From: an uncultured Gemmatimonadales bacterium
GTDB lineage: Bacteria; Gemmatimonadota; Gemmatimonadetes; Longimicrobiales; Longimicrobiaceae
DNA: 64,000 nucleotides
Assembly: GCA_963716255.1 (NCBI GenBank)
Contig: OY970303.1
Location: 3,424,001 to 3,488,000 of the forward strand
Direction: 5' to 3'
Part shown: positions 49,366 through 63,597 of the stretch, in pieces
Numbering within the stretch: the first letter of the stretch is position 1
Layout: every line of letters starts with the position of its first letter
Notes under the pieces: generated by a model
What the model was told of the DNA's origin: nothing
Database searches by the model: none
The model's input: the letters and a program-made list of their open reading frames with translations, nothing else
Program-made: the position numbers and the translations under genes

Positions 49366-51331
49366 GGAAGCTCCCCACCAGCTCTGCCAGGCGCGCCGCC
49401 TGCTCCGCCACGTCCGCCGCCGCGCGCGCCGCCTCGCGCACCGAGGCCTGCGCCGCCCGCGCGCCGGAGGCGATGTTCTCCGTGGCCTGCAGCACCATCT
49501 CCCCGCCGCGCTTCTGCTCCGCCGTGGCGGAGAACACCTGCTGCGTCTGTTCGTTCATGTTCTCCGTGGCCTGCACGATCTGCCGGCTCGCCAGGCTCTG
49601 CTCGCGGGTGGCGATCCTCACCTCCTCGGCGATCTGGCGGATGTGCTGCGTGGACTCGTTGGCCTGCCCCGCCGCCAGCGTCTGCTGCTGCGCGGCCAGC
49701 GCCACCTCCTCCATCAGCTCGCGGGTGCGCGCCGCCGAGCCCACGATCTTTTCCAGCGCCCGCGCCGCCGCCTCCGCCAGCTCGATCCCCTCCGCCGTGC
49801 GCTCCGCCACCCCGCCGCTGGAGCGGGTCGCGCGCTCCAGCTCCTCCTGGATGCCGCGGATGGTGCTGCCGATCTCCCGCGCCGACTCCACCGAGCGCTC
49901 CGCCAGGCGGCGGATCTCCTGCGCCACCACCGCGAAGCCGCGCCCGTGCTCCCCGGCGCGCGCCGCCTCGATGGCCGCGTTCAGCGCCAGCAGGTTGGTC
50001 TGGTCCGCGATGTCCTCGATCAGCTCCGACACCTGCCCCACCGAGCGCCCCGTCTCCCCCAGCCCGCGGATCGCCTCCGTGAGCGCGTCCACCTGGCCGT
50101 GGATCCGCTGCATCCCGTGCACCACCCGCCCCACCGCCTCGCCCCCGCCGCTCGCGTCCGCCGCCGCCTCGATGGCGATCTGCCGCGTCTCCTCCACGTG
50201 CCGCCCCACCTGCTGGATGGAGGCCGCCATCTCGTCGATGGTGGCCGACGCCTGCTCCACGGCGGCGCCCAGGGTGTCCGCGCTGGCGGCGGTGTGCTCG
50301 ATGGAGCGCCCCATCTGCCCCATGGACGACGACGTCTGCTCCACCGAGGCCGCCAGCGACTCGGTGCTCCCGGCCACCCGCCCGATCTGCGCCGCGATCT
50401 CCTCCATGGAGGTGGAGGTCTGCTCCGTGGCGGCCACCTGGTCGTCCACCGTCTGCGCCATGCGCTGCGACGACGCCGCGATCTGGTCCGACGCCGCCGC
50501 CACCTGCGCCGTGGCCACGTTGACGCCGGTGACCGCCCTGCGCAGGTCGTCCGACATGCGGTTCAGCGTCCCCGCCAGTATCCCCACCTCGTCGCGCCCC
50601 TCCGCCTCGATGCGCTGCGTCAGGTCGCCCGCGGCCACCGTGGAGGCGAACTCCACCGCGCGCTGCAGCGGCCGGGCGATGCGCCCCGCCAGCCACCCGG
50701 CGATGCCCAGGGCGACCACCACGGCGAACACCGTCAGCAGGACCAGCGTCATGCGGATCTGCCGCACGGCGTCGTCGACCGTGTCCCGCCGCAGCTCCGT
50801 GATCTCGGCCTGCCGCCGGTTGAAGGCGGCCAGCTGTCTGCCCGCTTCGCGGACCCAGTCCCGTGCCCGGCCCGTGCGGTAGAAGGTGGCGATCTCGTCC
50901 ACCGCGCCGGCCTGGCGCATCTGCATCACCCGGTCCCCCACTTCCCTTTTCCAGGTCTCGCTTATGCGCGCCACCGAGTCGAGGCGCGCCTGCTGCCTCA
51001 GCTCGCTTTCCGCGACCGTGTCGTTTGCCGCCTCCAGCGCCTGCTCCAGCGTGGCGTCGGCCTCGCGGAACGGCTCCAGCGCCTCCGGCTGCCCCGTGAT
51101 GGCGAAGTCCCGCATCGCCGAGGCGCGGGTGGAAAACGATTCCGCCACGACGGCGACCTGGTTCTGCACCGCCTCCGCCTCTTCCAGGGCGTCGGTGGCG
51201 TTGGCGATGCGCTCCACCTGGATCCACACGGCCGCCATGATGCCGAGCATCAGCAGCAGCACCGGCACGAAGGCGAGCATGATCTTGAGGCGTATCGATG
51301 CGTCCCTGTACCACTCCACCAGGCGCGTCAT
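49358..51331 (-). CDS. Methyl-accepting chemotaxis protein
   Basis: TM-periplasmic-TM-HAMP architecture; [30 protein letters not shown]. Confidence 0.96.
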   Translation of the reverse strand: MTRLVEWYRDASIRLKIMLAFVPVLLLMLGIMAAVWIQVERIANATDALEEAEAVQNQVAVVAESFSTRASAMRDFAITGQPEALEPFREADATLEQALEAANDTVAESELRQQARLDSVARISETWKREVGDRVMQMRQAGAVDEIATFYRTGRARDWVREAGRQLAAFNRRQAEITELRRDTVDDAVRQIRMTLVLLTVFAVVVALGIAGWLAGRIARPLQRAVEFASTVAAGDLTQRIEAEGRDEVGILAGTLNRMSDDLRRAVTGVNVATAQVAAASDQIAASSQRMAQTVDDQVAATEQTSTSMEEIAAQIGRVAGSTESLAASVEQTSSSMGQMGRSIEHTAASADTLGAAVEQASATIDEMAASIQQVGRHVEETRQIAIEAAADASGGGEAVGRVVHGMQRIHGQVDALTEAIRGLGETGRSVGQVSELIEDIADQTNLLALNAAIEAARAGEHGRGFAVVAQEIRRLAERSVESAREIGSTIRGIQEELERATRSSGGVAERTAEGIELAEAAARALEKIVGSAARTRELMEEVALAAQQQTLAAGQANESTQHIRQIAEEVRIATREQSLASRQIVQATENMNEQTQQVFSATAEQKRGGEMVLQATENIASGARAAQASVREAARAAADVAEQAARLAELVGSFRV

Positions 51332-51753
51332 GCGGTCACTCCGGCGAGCACGTTGTCCAGGTCGAGGAGGGCCACCAGGCGGCCCTCGGCGGAGCGCACC
51401 ACCCCGTCCAGCCACCCCTCCGGGAGCGCCGCGGCAGCCTCCGACAGGGGCGGGTCCACCTCGTCGCCGGTCTCCACGATCCCGGCCACCCGGTCCACCA
51501 GCAGCGCCACCGGCTCGCGCCCCGCCCCGGGCGACACCACCACCAGCCGCCCCGGCCGCAGCGCGGGGGCTGCGCGCAGGCGCGTCCCCAGGTCCAGCAC
51601 CCCCAGCAGCGCCCCGCGCAGGTGCACCACCCCCACCACGTCCGGTGGGGGGAACGGGGTGCGGGTGAGGGGCGGCGGCCGCAGCACCGCGCTCACCCGG
51701 TCCAGCGGCAGCCCGAACTCCGCCGCGCCCAGCCCCACGGCCACGGCGCTCAC
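51328..51753 (-). CDS. cheW: Chemotaxis adaptor
   Basis: [34 protein letters not shown] coupling. Confidence 0.9.
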   Translation of the reverse strand: MSAVAVGLGAAEFGLPLDRVSAVLRPPPLTRTPFPPPDVVGVVHLRGALLGVLDLGTRLRAAPALRPGRLVVVSPGAGREPVALLVDRVAGIVETGDEVDPPLSEAAAALPEGWLDGVVRSAEGRLVALLDLDNVLAGVTA

Positions 51754-52133
51754 GCCGCGGCCCCGGTCTGCTCGCGCACCGCGTCCAGCAGCTGCTGCGG
51801 CGTCCACGGCTTGGGGAGGAAGCCGTTGGCGCCGGCCGCGCGCGCCGCGGCGCGGTCCTCCTCGGCGGACTCGGTGGAGCTCACCAGCACCGGCGGGCGG
51901 GTGATCCCCAGCTCGGAGCGCAGTCGGCGCACGAACTCCAGCCCGTCCATCTGCGGCATGTTGATGTCCACGATGAGCAGGTCCATCTCCGGGTCCTGGG
52001 CGGCGGCGTCCAGCCCCTCCGCGCCGTTGGCGGCGAACCGCAGGTCGTTGGCCGCGCCCAGCACCAGCCGGTACATGCGGCACATCATCGGGCTGTCCTC
52101 CACCACCAGGATCCGCCTCCGCTCACTGGCCAC
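51750..52133 (-). CDS. cheY: CheY-like response regulator
   Basis: Stand-alone REC domain: [21 protein letters not shown]. Confidence 0.88.
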   Translation of the reverse strand: MASERRRILVVEDSPMMCRMYRLVLGAANDLRFAANGAEGLDAAAQDPEMDLLIVDINMPQMDGLEFVRRLRSELGITRPPVLVSSTESAEEDRAAARAAGANGFLPKPWTPQQLLDAVREQTGAAA

Positions 52134-53856
52134 CGCCGCCTCCGCGATACAGGTCCACGTTCATCTCCACCAGCGCCGCAGCGTCCAGCACCAGCACCAC
52201 CCCCCCGTCCGGAGACACCGTCGCCCCCGATACCCCCGGCGGGCTTCCCAGCGCCGCCGGGAGCGCGCGCACCGTGGCCGGGCGCTGCTCCAGCAGCCGG
52301 TCCACGCCCAGCGCCACCGCCCGGCCCCCGCTGCGCACCACCACCAGGAAGCGGGGCGCCTGGCCCCCGCCTTCCTCCTCCCATCCCAGGATGCGCCCCA
52401 AGCGCGCCAGCGGCAGCGTCTCGTCGCGCAGGCGCACCACCTCCGCCGGGCCCGCGCGCTCCACCGGGCCGGCGCGCAGCGTCTCCTCCACGTCGGCCGA
52501 GGGCACGGCCAGCCGCTCGCCCGCCGCCTCGAAGAAGAGCACCGGCACCAGCGCCACCGTGAGGGGGAGCCGCAGCACGAAGCGCGTCCCGCCCTCGTCG
52601 CCCTCCTCCACCTCCACGCTCCCCCGCAGCCGCGCCACCGCGCCGCGCACCGCGTCCAGCCCTATGCCCCGCCCGGACACGGCGCTCGCCACGCTGCGGG
52701 TGGAAAAACCGGGCCGGAAGATGAGCTCCTCCGCTTCCTCCCCCTCTCCCGGCGCCACGATCCCCTGCTCCCGGGCCCGCGCGAAGATCCCCGCCCGGTC
52801 CAGCCCGCGTCCGTCGTCCTCCACCTCGATGCGCACCCGGTCGCCCTCCTGCGCCGCCCGCAGCGACAGCGTCGCCTCCGCCGGCTTCCCCGCGGCCTCG
52901 CGCTCCCCCGGCGGCTCGATGCCGTGGTCCACGGCGTTCCTCACCAGGTGCAGCAGCGGCTCCGCCACCGCGTCCGCCGTGGACTTGTCCAGCCGCGTGT
53001 CCTCGCCCTCCAGCAGCACCCGCACCCGCTTCCCCTGCTCGCGCGCCAGGTCGCGCACCAGCACCGGGAAGCGCGACAGGATCCGCCCCACCGGCACCAT
53101 GCGCAGGTCGGTGGCGGTGCGGCGCGCCGCGTCCGCGGCGGTCGCCAGCGCCTCCACCCGGTCGCGCAGGTCGCGCCCCAGCCCGCACGCCCGCAGCGCG
53201 TCGCGGCTGGCGTCCGCCCAGTCGTCCAGCGCAGTGAGCTGTGTCGCCACCTCGCCGATCTCGTCCAGCAGCACGTCCAGCATGCGGAAGGGGATGCGGA
53301 CCACGTCGTCGCGCAGGTCCTCCGCGCGCACCCCCGGCGCCGCGGGCGCCGCCCCCGGGGGTGCGGCATCTCCGGCCGCCAGCGGTCCTGGCTCCGCCGA
53401 GGACGGCTGCGGCTGTGGGCGCGGCGCGGCCTCCGCCCCGGACACGGCCGCCGGGCCGGGTTCCGGCGGGGGAGCCGGGGCCGCCGGCTCGTCGCGGATG
53501 GGCACGAGCGCGGCGAAGGCCGCCTCCTGCTCGGGGGTGCCGGCGCGGTCCACCGCCGCGCGCAGCGCCGCCGCCCCGCGCAGCAGCGCCGCCAGCGTCG
53601 GCGCGGGCGGGGGCGCGTCGGAGCGCTTCAGGACGCTTTCCACCGAGTGGACGAAGTCCTGGATGGCCCGCAGCCCCAGCATCCCCGCGTTGCCCTTGAG
53701 GGTGTGCAGCCCCCGCAGGAGCGGCGTCCGCTCCGCCTCCCCCAGCGGTTCGCCGCGCTCCCAGCCGGCGAGCGTCGCGTCCAGGCGCGCGACGGGGTCG
53801 CGGGCCTCGTCGCGGAAGTCGCCCAGCAACTCGGACAGGTCGAAGAGGTCGGACAG
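52123..53856 (-). CDS. cheA: Chemotaxis histidine kinase
   Basis: HTLKG (Hpt), HLVRNAVDHG, DDGRG, IFRPGFST, GRGIGLD; start placed at CTG 53856 from RBS position (ORF track gives TTG 53829). Confidence 0.93.
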   Translation of the reverse strand: MSDLFDLSELLGDFRDEARDPVARLDATLAGWERGEPLGEAERTPLLRGLHTLKGNAGMLGLRAIQDFVHSVESVLKRSDAPPPAPTLAALLRGAAALRAAVDRAGTPEQEAAFAALVPIRDEPAAPAPPPEPGPAAVSGAEAAPRPQPQPSSAEPGPLAAGDAAPPGAAPAAPGVRAEDLRDDVVRIPFRMLDVLLDEIGEVATQLTALDDWADASRDALRACGLGRDLRDRVEALATAADAARRTATDLRMVPVGRILSRFPVLVRDLAREQGKRVRVLLEGEDTRLDKSTADAVAEPLLHLVRNAVDHGIEPPGEREAAGKPAEATLSLRAAQEGDRVRIEVEDDGRGLDRAGIFARAREQGIVAPGEGEEAEELIFRPGFSTRSVASAVSGRGIGLDAVRGAVARLRGSVEVEEGDEGGTRFVLRLPLTVALVPVLFFEAAGERLAVPSADVEETLRAGPVERAGPAEVVRLRDETLPLARLGRILGWEEEGGGQAPRFLVVVRSGGRAVALGVDRLLEQRPATVRALPAALGSPPGVSGATVSPDGGVVLVLDAAALVEMNVDLYRGGGGGQ

Positions 53857-53910
53857 CGCTCCCTCCCGGGGCGGGGTTGCGGCGGGGTGGGGCCCCCGGC
53901 CCGTGATGCA

Positions 53911-53926
53911 GGCATTTTGGGGGCCA
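53911..53926 (-). promoter_or_regulatory. Possible sigma54 promoter of the che operon
   Basis: TGGCCCCCAAAATGCC fits GG-N10-GC just upstream of the cheA RBS. Confidence 0.35.
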
Positions 53927-54041
53927 GCGTCCGCGCCGCGCCACCGTCCGCGTCCGCCCGCCGGGCCCGCCGCCCTTGTGCGGCGCCCGCGCCGAGCGAA
54001 TCTTGGCAGCTCCCCGGCGATCCACCCCCACCCGCCCGTCC

Positions 54042-55400
54042 ATGCCCCGCATCCACTTCCCGCACCCGCTCACGCTGCTGGTGGGCTTCATCGCGCTGGC
54101 CGCGGCGCTGTCGTGGGTCCTCCCCGCCGGCGAGTACCAGCGCCGCGAGGACCCCGTCACCGGCCGCGAGGTGGTGGTCGCGGGGACGTACCATCGCGTG
54201 GACTCCTCCCCGGTGGGACCGTTCAAGGCGCTGGTCGCCATCCCCCGTGGCATGGCCGAGGCCGCCGACGTGGTGTTCGTGGTCTTCCTGGTGGGCGCCG
54301 CCTTCACGGTGCTGGACCGCACCGGCGTGCTGCGGCGCGGCACCGACCGGCTGGTGGTGGGGATGCGTGGCCGCACCCTGGTGGTGATCCCGGTGATGAG
54401 CGTGCTTTCCGCGCTGGGCGGGGTGATGATCAACATGCAGGAGGAGTTCATCGCCCTGGTCCCTGCCCTCCTCATCCTGACGCGCCGCATGGGCTTCGAC
54501 CCCCTGGTGGCCGTCTCGGTGAGCATGGGCGCCGCGGCCGTGGGCTCCGCGTTCAGCCCCATCAACCCTTTCCAGGTGGGGATCGCGCAGAAGCTGGCCG
54601 AGCTTCCCCTCCTGTCCGCCGCTCCCTTCCGCGTCGTCTTCCTGGTGCTGGCGCTGGCGCTCTGGATCGCGGCCACCCTTCGCTACGCCGCGCGCACCCG
54701 CGTCGCCGAGGAGGAGGTGGAGGCCCACGCCGAGGCGGCCGTCGGCGCCCGTCCCACCCGCGGGCGCGACGCCGGCATCCTGGGGCTGGTGCTCGCCACC
54801 TTCGCCGTCTACGTCTTCGGGATCCTGCGGCTGGACTGGGGCTTCAACGAGATGGCGGGGCTGTTCTTCGCCATGGGAATCGCGGTGGGGCTGCTGGGAG
54901 GGCTGCGCGTGGGGGGGACGGTGGAGGCCTACATCGAGGGCTTCCGGGACATGGCCTTCGCCGGGCTGCTCATCGGCTTCGCGCGGGCCATCTACGTGGT
55001 GCTCCAGGACGGCCGCATCGTGGACACCATCGTCAACGGGCTGGTGACGCCCATCGCCGGGCTCCCGGTGGCGCTCTCCGCGCTGGGGATGATGGCGGTG
55101 CACGCACTGATCCACGTTCCCGTGCCCAGCGTCAGCGGCCAGGCGGTGCTCACCATGCCGGTGCTGGTGCCCGTCTCCGACCTGCTGGGGCTGTCGCGCC
55201 AGGTCACCGTGCTCGCCTACCAGTACGGCGCCGGCCTCACCGAGCTGGTGGCACCCACCAACGGCGCGCTCATGGCCATCCTCATCGCCGCCGACGTGCG
55301 CTACGAGCGCTGGCTGCGCTTCGTGCTCCCGGTGCTCACCGGGCTGTTCGCGCTGGGCGCCGCCGCGGTGATGATCGGGATCGCCATCGGACTGCGGTAG
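54042..55400 (+). CDS. YfcC/DcuC-like membrane transporter
   Basis: WVLPAGEY, QEEFIAL, PINPFQVGIAQ, PSVSGQAVLTMP, QYGAG..E...PTNG. Confidence 0.88.
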   Translation: MPRIHFPHPLTLLVGFIALAAALSWVLPAGEYQRREDPVTGREVVVAGTYHRVDSSPVGPFKALVAIPRGMAEAADVVFVVFLVGAAFTVLDRTGVLRRGTDRLVVGMRGRTLVVIPVMSVLSALGGVMINMQEEFIALVPALLILTRRMGFDPLVAVSVSMGAAAVGSAFSPINPFQVGIAQKLAELPLLSAAPFRVVFLVLALALWIAATLRYAARTRVAEEEVEAHAEAAVGARPTRGRDAGILGLVLATFAVYVFGILRLDWGFNEMAGLFFAMGIAVGLLGGLRVGGTVEAYIEGFRDMAFAGLLIGFARAIYVVLQDGRIVDTIVNGLVTPIAGLPVALSALGMMAVHALIHVPVPSVSGQAVLTMPVLVPVSDLLGLSRQVTVLAYQYGAGLTELVAPTNGALMAILIAADVRYERWLRFVLPVLTGLFALGAAAVMIGIAIGLR

Positions 55401-55451
55401 GGCAGGGGTGGTAGCCGGCGGCTGAGCCCGCCACGAAGCGAGGGGAACGAA

Positions 55452-55488
55452 GCAACGCCGCCCGGCTCTCGGAGCCGGGCGGCGTTGC
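55452..55488 (+). terminator. Terminator-like hairpin after the YfcC-like gene
   Basis: GCAACGCCGCCCGGCTC-TCG-GAGCCGGGCGGCGTTGC. Confidence 0.7.
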
Positions 55489-55675
55489 CTTGTTCGGGAG
55501 ATTTCATCGGCCAGCCATAGCAGGCTCGACATTGCCCCCAGCCTCCGGGAAGCGCGATTGCCGCTCCGTTCGGGTCCAGTCCGGCATCAGTTTGCCCGGG
55601 CTGATTGACCCAGCCGTTTGAGGCCGATTATATACGCCAGAACATCCTCTCGCCCGTTCACTTTCGGAGCCGCCT

Positions 55676-56989
55676 ATGCCCCCTGCCAAGCATCCGCAAA
55701 GGCTTACGCGTCCGGATCGTGGACAGGCTCCGCCCCCTGCTTTGCTCGCCCAGGGCGAGCCTTTCGACGGGTTCAACGTCATCGACGAATGGCAGAGCCC
55801 CGCGGCAGTCCTGCCGTGGCAAGCCCTCCGGGACGCGATCCTTTGGGCGAGGCGCGCGGAAGCGCCCGTTCGGCTGTTCGCGTTCACCGCGCCGGAGCGA
55901 CGCGCGGCGGAACTGGCGGACCCGGCCATCCCGGACGACATCCGCGCGCCGCTGATAGCCCTTTCTCGCGTCCTATCGCCTACCTCCACGCCTGCGCGTC
56001 AGGAACTGGCCGAGGCCTGCCGGGCAATCTCCAGGTGGGCAGAGAGCAGCGGTCGCCCACAGACCGCAATCTCGTTCGCGCAAGGAGCCGCTCTGATCCA
56101 AATCACGCATGCAGGCCATGCCTATCAAGTGGCCCTGCTATGCCGAAGAGCGGCTGAGTACGAACGTGCGGAGACGTGGTATCGGCGCGCTGTCCGCCTC
56201 GCTTCGCGGGCGCGGGACCGCCGAACCTTGGCGCTCGCGTGGCTGGGGCTGGCAAACCTGCTTATCCAAGGCGGCGACTACGAGGCAGCGAAGGTGGTGC
56301 AGTTCCGGGCCCTCCGCATTGGTCGGCGGTCCGGGCTCTGGATCATAAAAGGGATGGCGCTACACGATCTGTTCACCGTCGCAGTAGAGCAGGGCCAGGT
56401 AGCGGAAGCCGAGAGCCTGGCGTGGCAAGCGTTTGGCGCCTACCCCGCCGCCGCGGACCGGCTCCCCGCGCTGGCAAGCGATGTTGCGTCTCATTGGCTG
56501 TACCAAGGTTTCTATAAGCGGGCTTTGATCGTGTTTCAGGCCGTACTCCCCACGCTCCGACTCAAGTCTGAACGCCTGTTGGTCCTGTCTATGATCTCCC
56601 GCGCAGCCGCGGGCCTCGGGGACCTGGTCCTCTTTCAGAACGTTTGGACAAAGGCGTGGGCCGTACTCGACCGGGAGCCAGCCACCAACCGCGCTTGCGC
56701 CGCGCTTTACAACCTCGCCTATGCTTCAGCTTGCCTGAAGGATTGGGACCGGACCCTTTTAGCGGGAAAGTATTCGGTGGAGGTGGCGATTCGCAGGGGT
56801 GAATTAGAGGTCGGCAAGAACGCGGCTCAACTGGTGGAGGCGGTACAGCGAGCGGCATTCGAGCACTCGTTGAGGCGCCGCCCGGACGAGCCCGAAGTGC
56901 TGGAAGCTGCAGAAACGCTCGCCCAGCGACTCGTTCGACGGCTAGCCGCGCACGGAATCGAATCCCCGCGCGCGGCAAGCTCCTCGTAA
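55676..56989 (+). CDS. TPR-like helical repeat protein
   Basis: AETWYRRAVRLA, AWLGLANL..QGGDYEAA, ALHDLF, ALYNLAYA repeats; GGAG RBS; atypical codon usage. Confidence 0.75.
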   Translation: MPPAKHPQRLTRPDRGQAPPPALLAQGEPFDGFNVIDEWQSPAAVLPWQALRDAILWARRAEAPVRLFAFTAPERRAAELADPAIPDDIRAPLIALSRVLSPTSTPARQELAEACRAISRWAESSGRPQTAISFAQGAALIQITHAGHAYQVALLCRRAAEYERAETWYRRAVRLASRARDRRTLALAWLGLANLLIQGGDYEAAKVVQFRALRIGRRSGLWIIKGMALHDLFTVAVEQGQVAEAESLAWQAFGAYPAAADRLPALASDVASHWLYQGFYKRALIVFQAVLPTLRLKSERLLVLSMISRAAAGLGDLVLFQNVWTKAWAVLDREPATNRACAALYNLAYASACLKDWDRTLLAGKYSVEVAIRRGELEVGKNAAQLVEAVQRAAFEHSLRRRPDEPEVLEAAETLAQRLVRRLAAHGIESPRAASSS

Positions 56990-56990
56990 A

Positions 56991-57215
56991 TCAGGCTCCT
57001 GATCCCAGCGTTCCAGGGCCCCGCTCGGCAACGTAGGACGTGTCTGAAGTCGTGGTCGTGGTTGATCCATCCACCTTGTTGCCCGAGCCCAGCGTAATGA
57101 TGTTGGTAGCGCCGTGATCGGGGACCGCCTCGGGCTCCGTTAGTGCAGTGTCAGCGCTGCAACCCGCAAGAGCGAGGACCGCCAGCAGCGCCACTATACC
57201 GTTCCGTGCCTTCAT
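56991..57215 (-). CDS. Small exported (lipo)peptide with two TLGSG motifs
   Basis: AAGGAG RBS; lipobox LAGC at Cys19; TLGSGN at residues 41-46 and C-terminal TLGSGA. Confidence 0.8.
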   Translation of the reverse strand: MKARNGIVALLAVLALAGCSADTALTEPEAVPDHGATNIITLGSGNKVDGSTTTTTSDTSYVAERGPGTLGSGA

Positions 57216-57440
57216 GATGCGCTCCTTGTGGAGAGAGGGAAAGAAGTTGCCGGCGCCCGGAAGCTAACGGGGCCACATTTCTCGCCCTAACCGTTCGGAT
57301 TGGTGGCGCACCTATTCGGACAAATGGCCGCGGCGCGCGAGGGTGCTCTTCCGTGTCACGACCGCGGGGATGGTCTCGTCTCAGCTGCGGCGGCCGGGCG
57401 AACCAACCCTGCGCGCCGACGAACCTCATCGGAGACGACC

Positions 57441-57923
57441 ATGGAACAGCGGATCGATTACAGGCAGGCGGCGCCGGGCGCGCTGAGAGCCATGTTCGGG
57501 TTGGAGCGCTATGTCCAGGAGAGTGGGCTGGAGCACTCGCTGCTGGAACTGGTGAAGCTCCGCGCCTCGCAGATCAACGGCTGCGCCTACTGCGTGGACA
57601 TGCATACCAAGGACGCGCGTGCCGCCGGCGAGGGCGAGCAGCGGCTCTACGCGGTGTCCGTGTGGCGGGAAGCCCCGTTCTTCAGCGGGCGCGAGCGGGC
57701 TGCGCTCGCCTGGACCGAGGCTCTGACCCAGGTGAGTGAGAAGGGGGTTCCGGACGAGCTGTATGCGGAAGCGCGCGAGCATTTCTCGGAGCGAGAGCTG
57801 GTGGACCTCTCCCTGGCAGTGGTCGCCATCAACGGGTGGAACCGCCTGGCCATCTCCTTCCGGCCGCCCGTGGGTGAGTACCAGCCACGCGCGACGCTCC
57901 AGGTGGAGACCCTCGCGAGTTAG
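57441..57923 (+). CDS. AhpD/carboxymuconolactone decarboxylase family protein
   Basis: LRASQINGCAYCVDMH, ERAALAWTE, INGWNR; GGAG RBS. Confidence 0.93.
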   Translation: MEQRIDYRQAAPGALRAMFGLERYVQESGLEHSLLELVKLRASQINGCAYCVDMHTKDARAAGEGEQRLYAVSVWREAPFFSGRERAALAWTEALTQVSEKGVPDELYAEAREHFSERELVDLSLAVVAINGWNRLAISFRPPVGEYQPRATLQVETLAS

Positions 57924-58012
57924 CGTCAGGCTCGTCTGGAGATGAAAAGAACGGTGCCGGGTGCGCCCTTCGGCGTCCGGCACAGTTTCATCATGATCGC
58001 GTAACGAGACCC

Positions 58013-58041
58013 TTGACGGCCTGTGGAGAGCCAAGTATCAT
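58013..58041 (+). promoter_or_regulatory. rRNA operon promoter P1
   Basis: TTGACG-N17-TATCAT. Confidence 0.75.
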
Positions 58042-58086
58042 ATGTGCCCTTCGCGAAACAAGCGGGTAACGCCGACCAGTGGGGGG

Positions 58087-58115
58087 TTGACGGACCGGTC
58101 GAAGAGGTTTATTCT
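58087..58115 (+). promoter_or_regulatory. rRNA operon promoter P2
   Basis: TTGACG-N17-TATTCT. Confidence 0.75.
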
Positions 58116-58179
58116 TTCGGGCTCCTCTTCGGACGGATGCAGGGCGGTTGCGGTGCGGCGAAAACGTCGCGGTGGCGCC

Positions 58180-58208
58180 TTGACGATCCAGTCTAAGTGG
58201 TTTAGGAT
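58180..58208 (+). promoter_or_regulatory. rRNA operon promoter P3
   Basis: TTGACG-N17-TAGGAT. Confidence 0.72.
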
Positions 58209-58267
58209 TGCGGGCTTGGCCGACGATTTCGTCGGGTAGAAGATGGAAAAAGAAGTTTCGGCAGGGG

Positions 58268-58296
58268 TTGACGGGCGGGGAGTGCAGGGTTAGCTT
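58268..58296 (+). promoter_or_regulatory. rRNA operon promoter P4
   Basis: TTGACG-N17-TAGCTT. Confidence 0.7.
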
Positions 58297-58526
58297 GGAG
58301 GGCTCGCCGGAAGGCGGGCGAGTGACACGACGAGCCGGGTGAAACTGGCTGGGTCGTCCTGAAGCGAGTCATGGGCTCGCGTGTGTTTTGACAATTCGGG
58401 TTTTGGGGGAGTGCGAAGAAGTGTGCGCCCCGGAGGGAAGGCACCACGTCCTTTTCTCCAATGGGATTAAAAACGTGAAAGAGTTCCGGACACGGAAACG
58501 TGTTCGAACGAGCTAAATCGAAGTCT

Positions 58527-60080
<1,554 letters not shown>

Positions 60081-60297
60081 AGAGAAGCCGAGTAAGTCCT
60101 TCGGGGCAGAAAGGCACTCGCAAGTCGAGCGCACATGGTATTCGCACCTCCCCCGAAGCTTGAATTGATTGACAATCCGGGTGAAGGGAATAGGGAGTAG
60201 CAAAGGCTGAGAAAGAGCACCTTTGGCGGTGGGCCGGAGTGCGTCGTCCATGGACTTTGGGGGTAACCCTGGGGTGTGTGGGCGCGAAAGCATATCC

Positions 60298-63292
<2,995 letters not shown>

Positions 63293-63427
63293 GGTCGATA
63301 GGCAGGACCGGCGCATCGTCAAAGCTCTTTCGAAGTACTTGCTGCTCCCATTCTCTTCCCCTGATTTCTGTAGCGCGGGAGCGATCCCGTGCGAGGCACC
63401 GCGGACCTTGGGGTCCGCAGCCGGTGC

Positions 63428-63545
63428 GGCTGGTGGCGATGGCGTGGGGGATACACCCGATCCCATCTCGAACTCGGAAGTTAAGACCCACTGCGCGGAT
63501 GGTACTGCCGGGGCCACCCGGTGGGAGAGTACGGCGCTGCCAGCC
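63428..63545 (+). rRNA. rrf: 5S rRNA
   Basis: GGCTGGTGGC...CCCATCTCGAACTCGGAAGTTAAG...GGGAGAGTA...GCTGCCAGCC. Confidence 0.97.
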
Positions 63546-63554
63546 CTGTTCTTC

Positions 63555-63590
63555 AGAGCCCCTCGATCCTATCACGGATCGGGGGGCTCT
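63555..63590. terminator. Terminator hairpin after the rRNA operon
   Basis: AGAGCCCCTCGATCC-loop-GGATCGGGGGGCTCT between rrf and a convergent CDS. Confidence 0.7.
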
Positions 63591-63597
63591 GCTCGTT

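Noticed and set aside
55504..55989. 161-aa minus-strand ORF
   Set aside because: Mostly antisense to the TPR gene, with no recognisable motifs.
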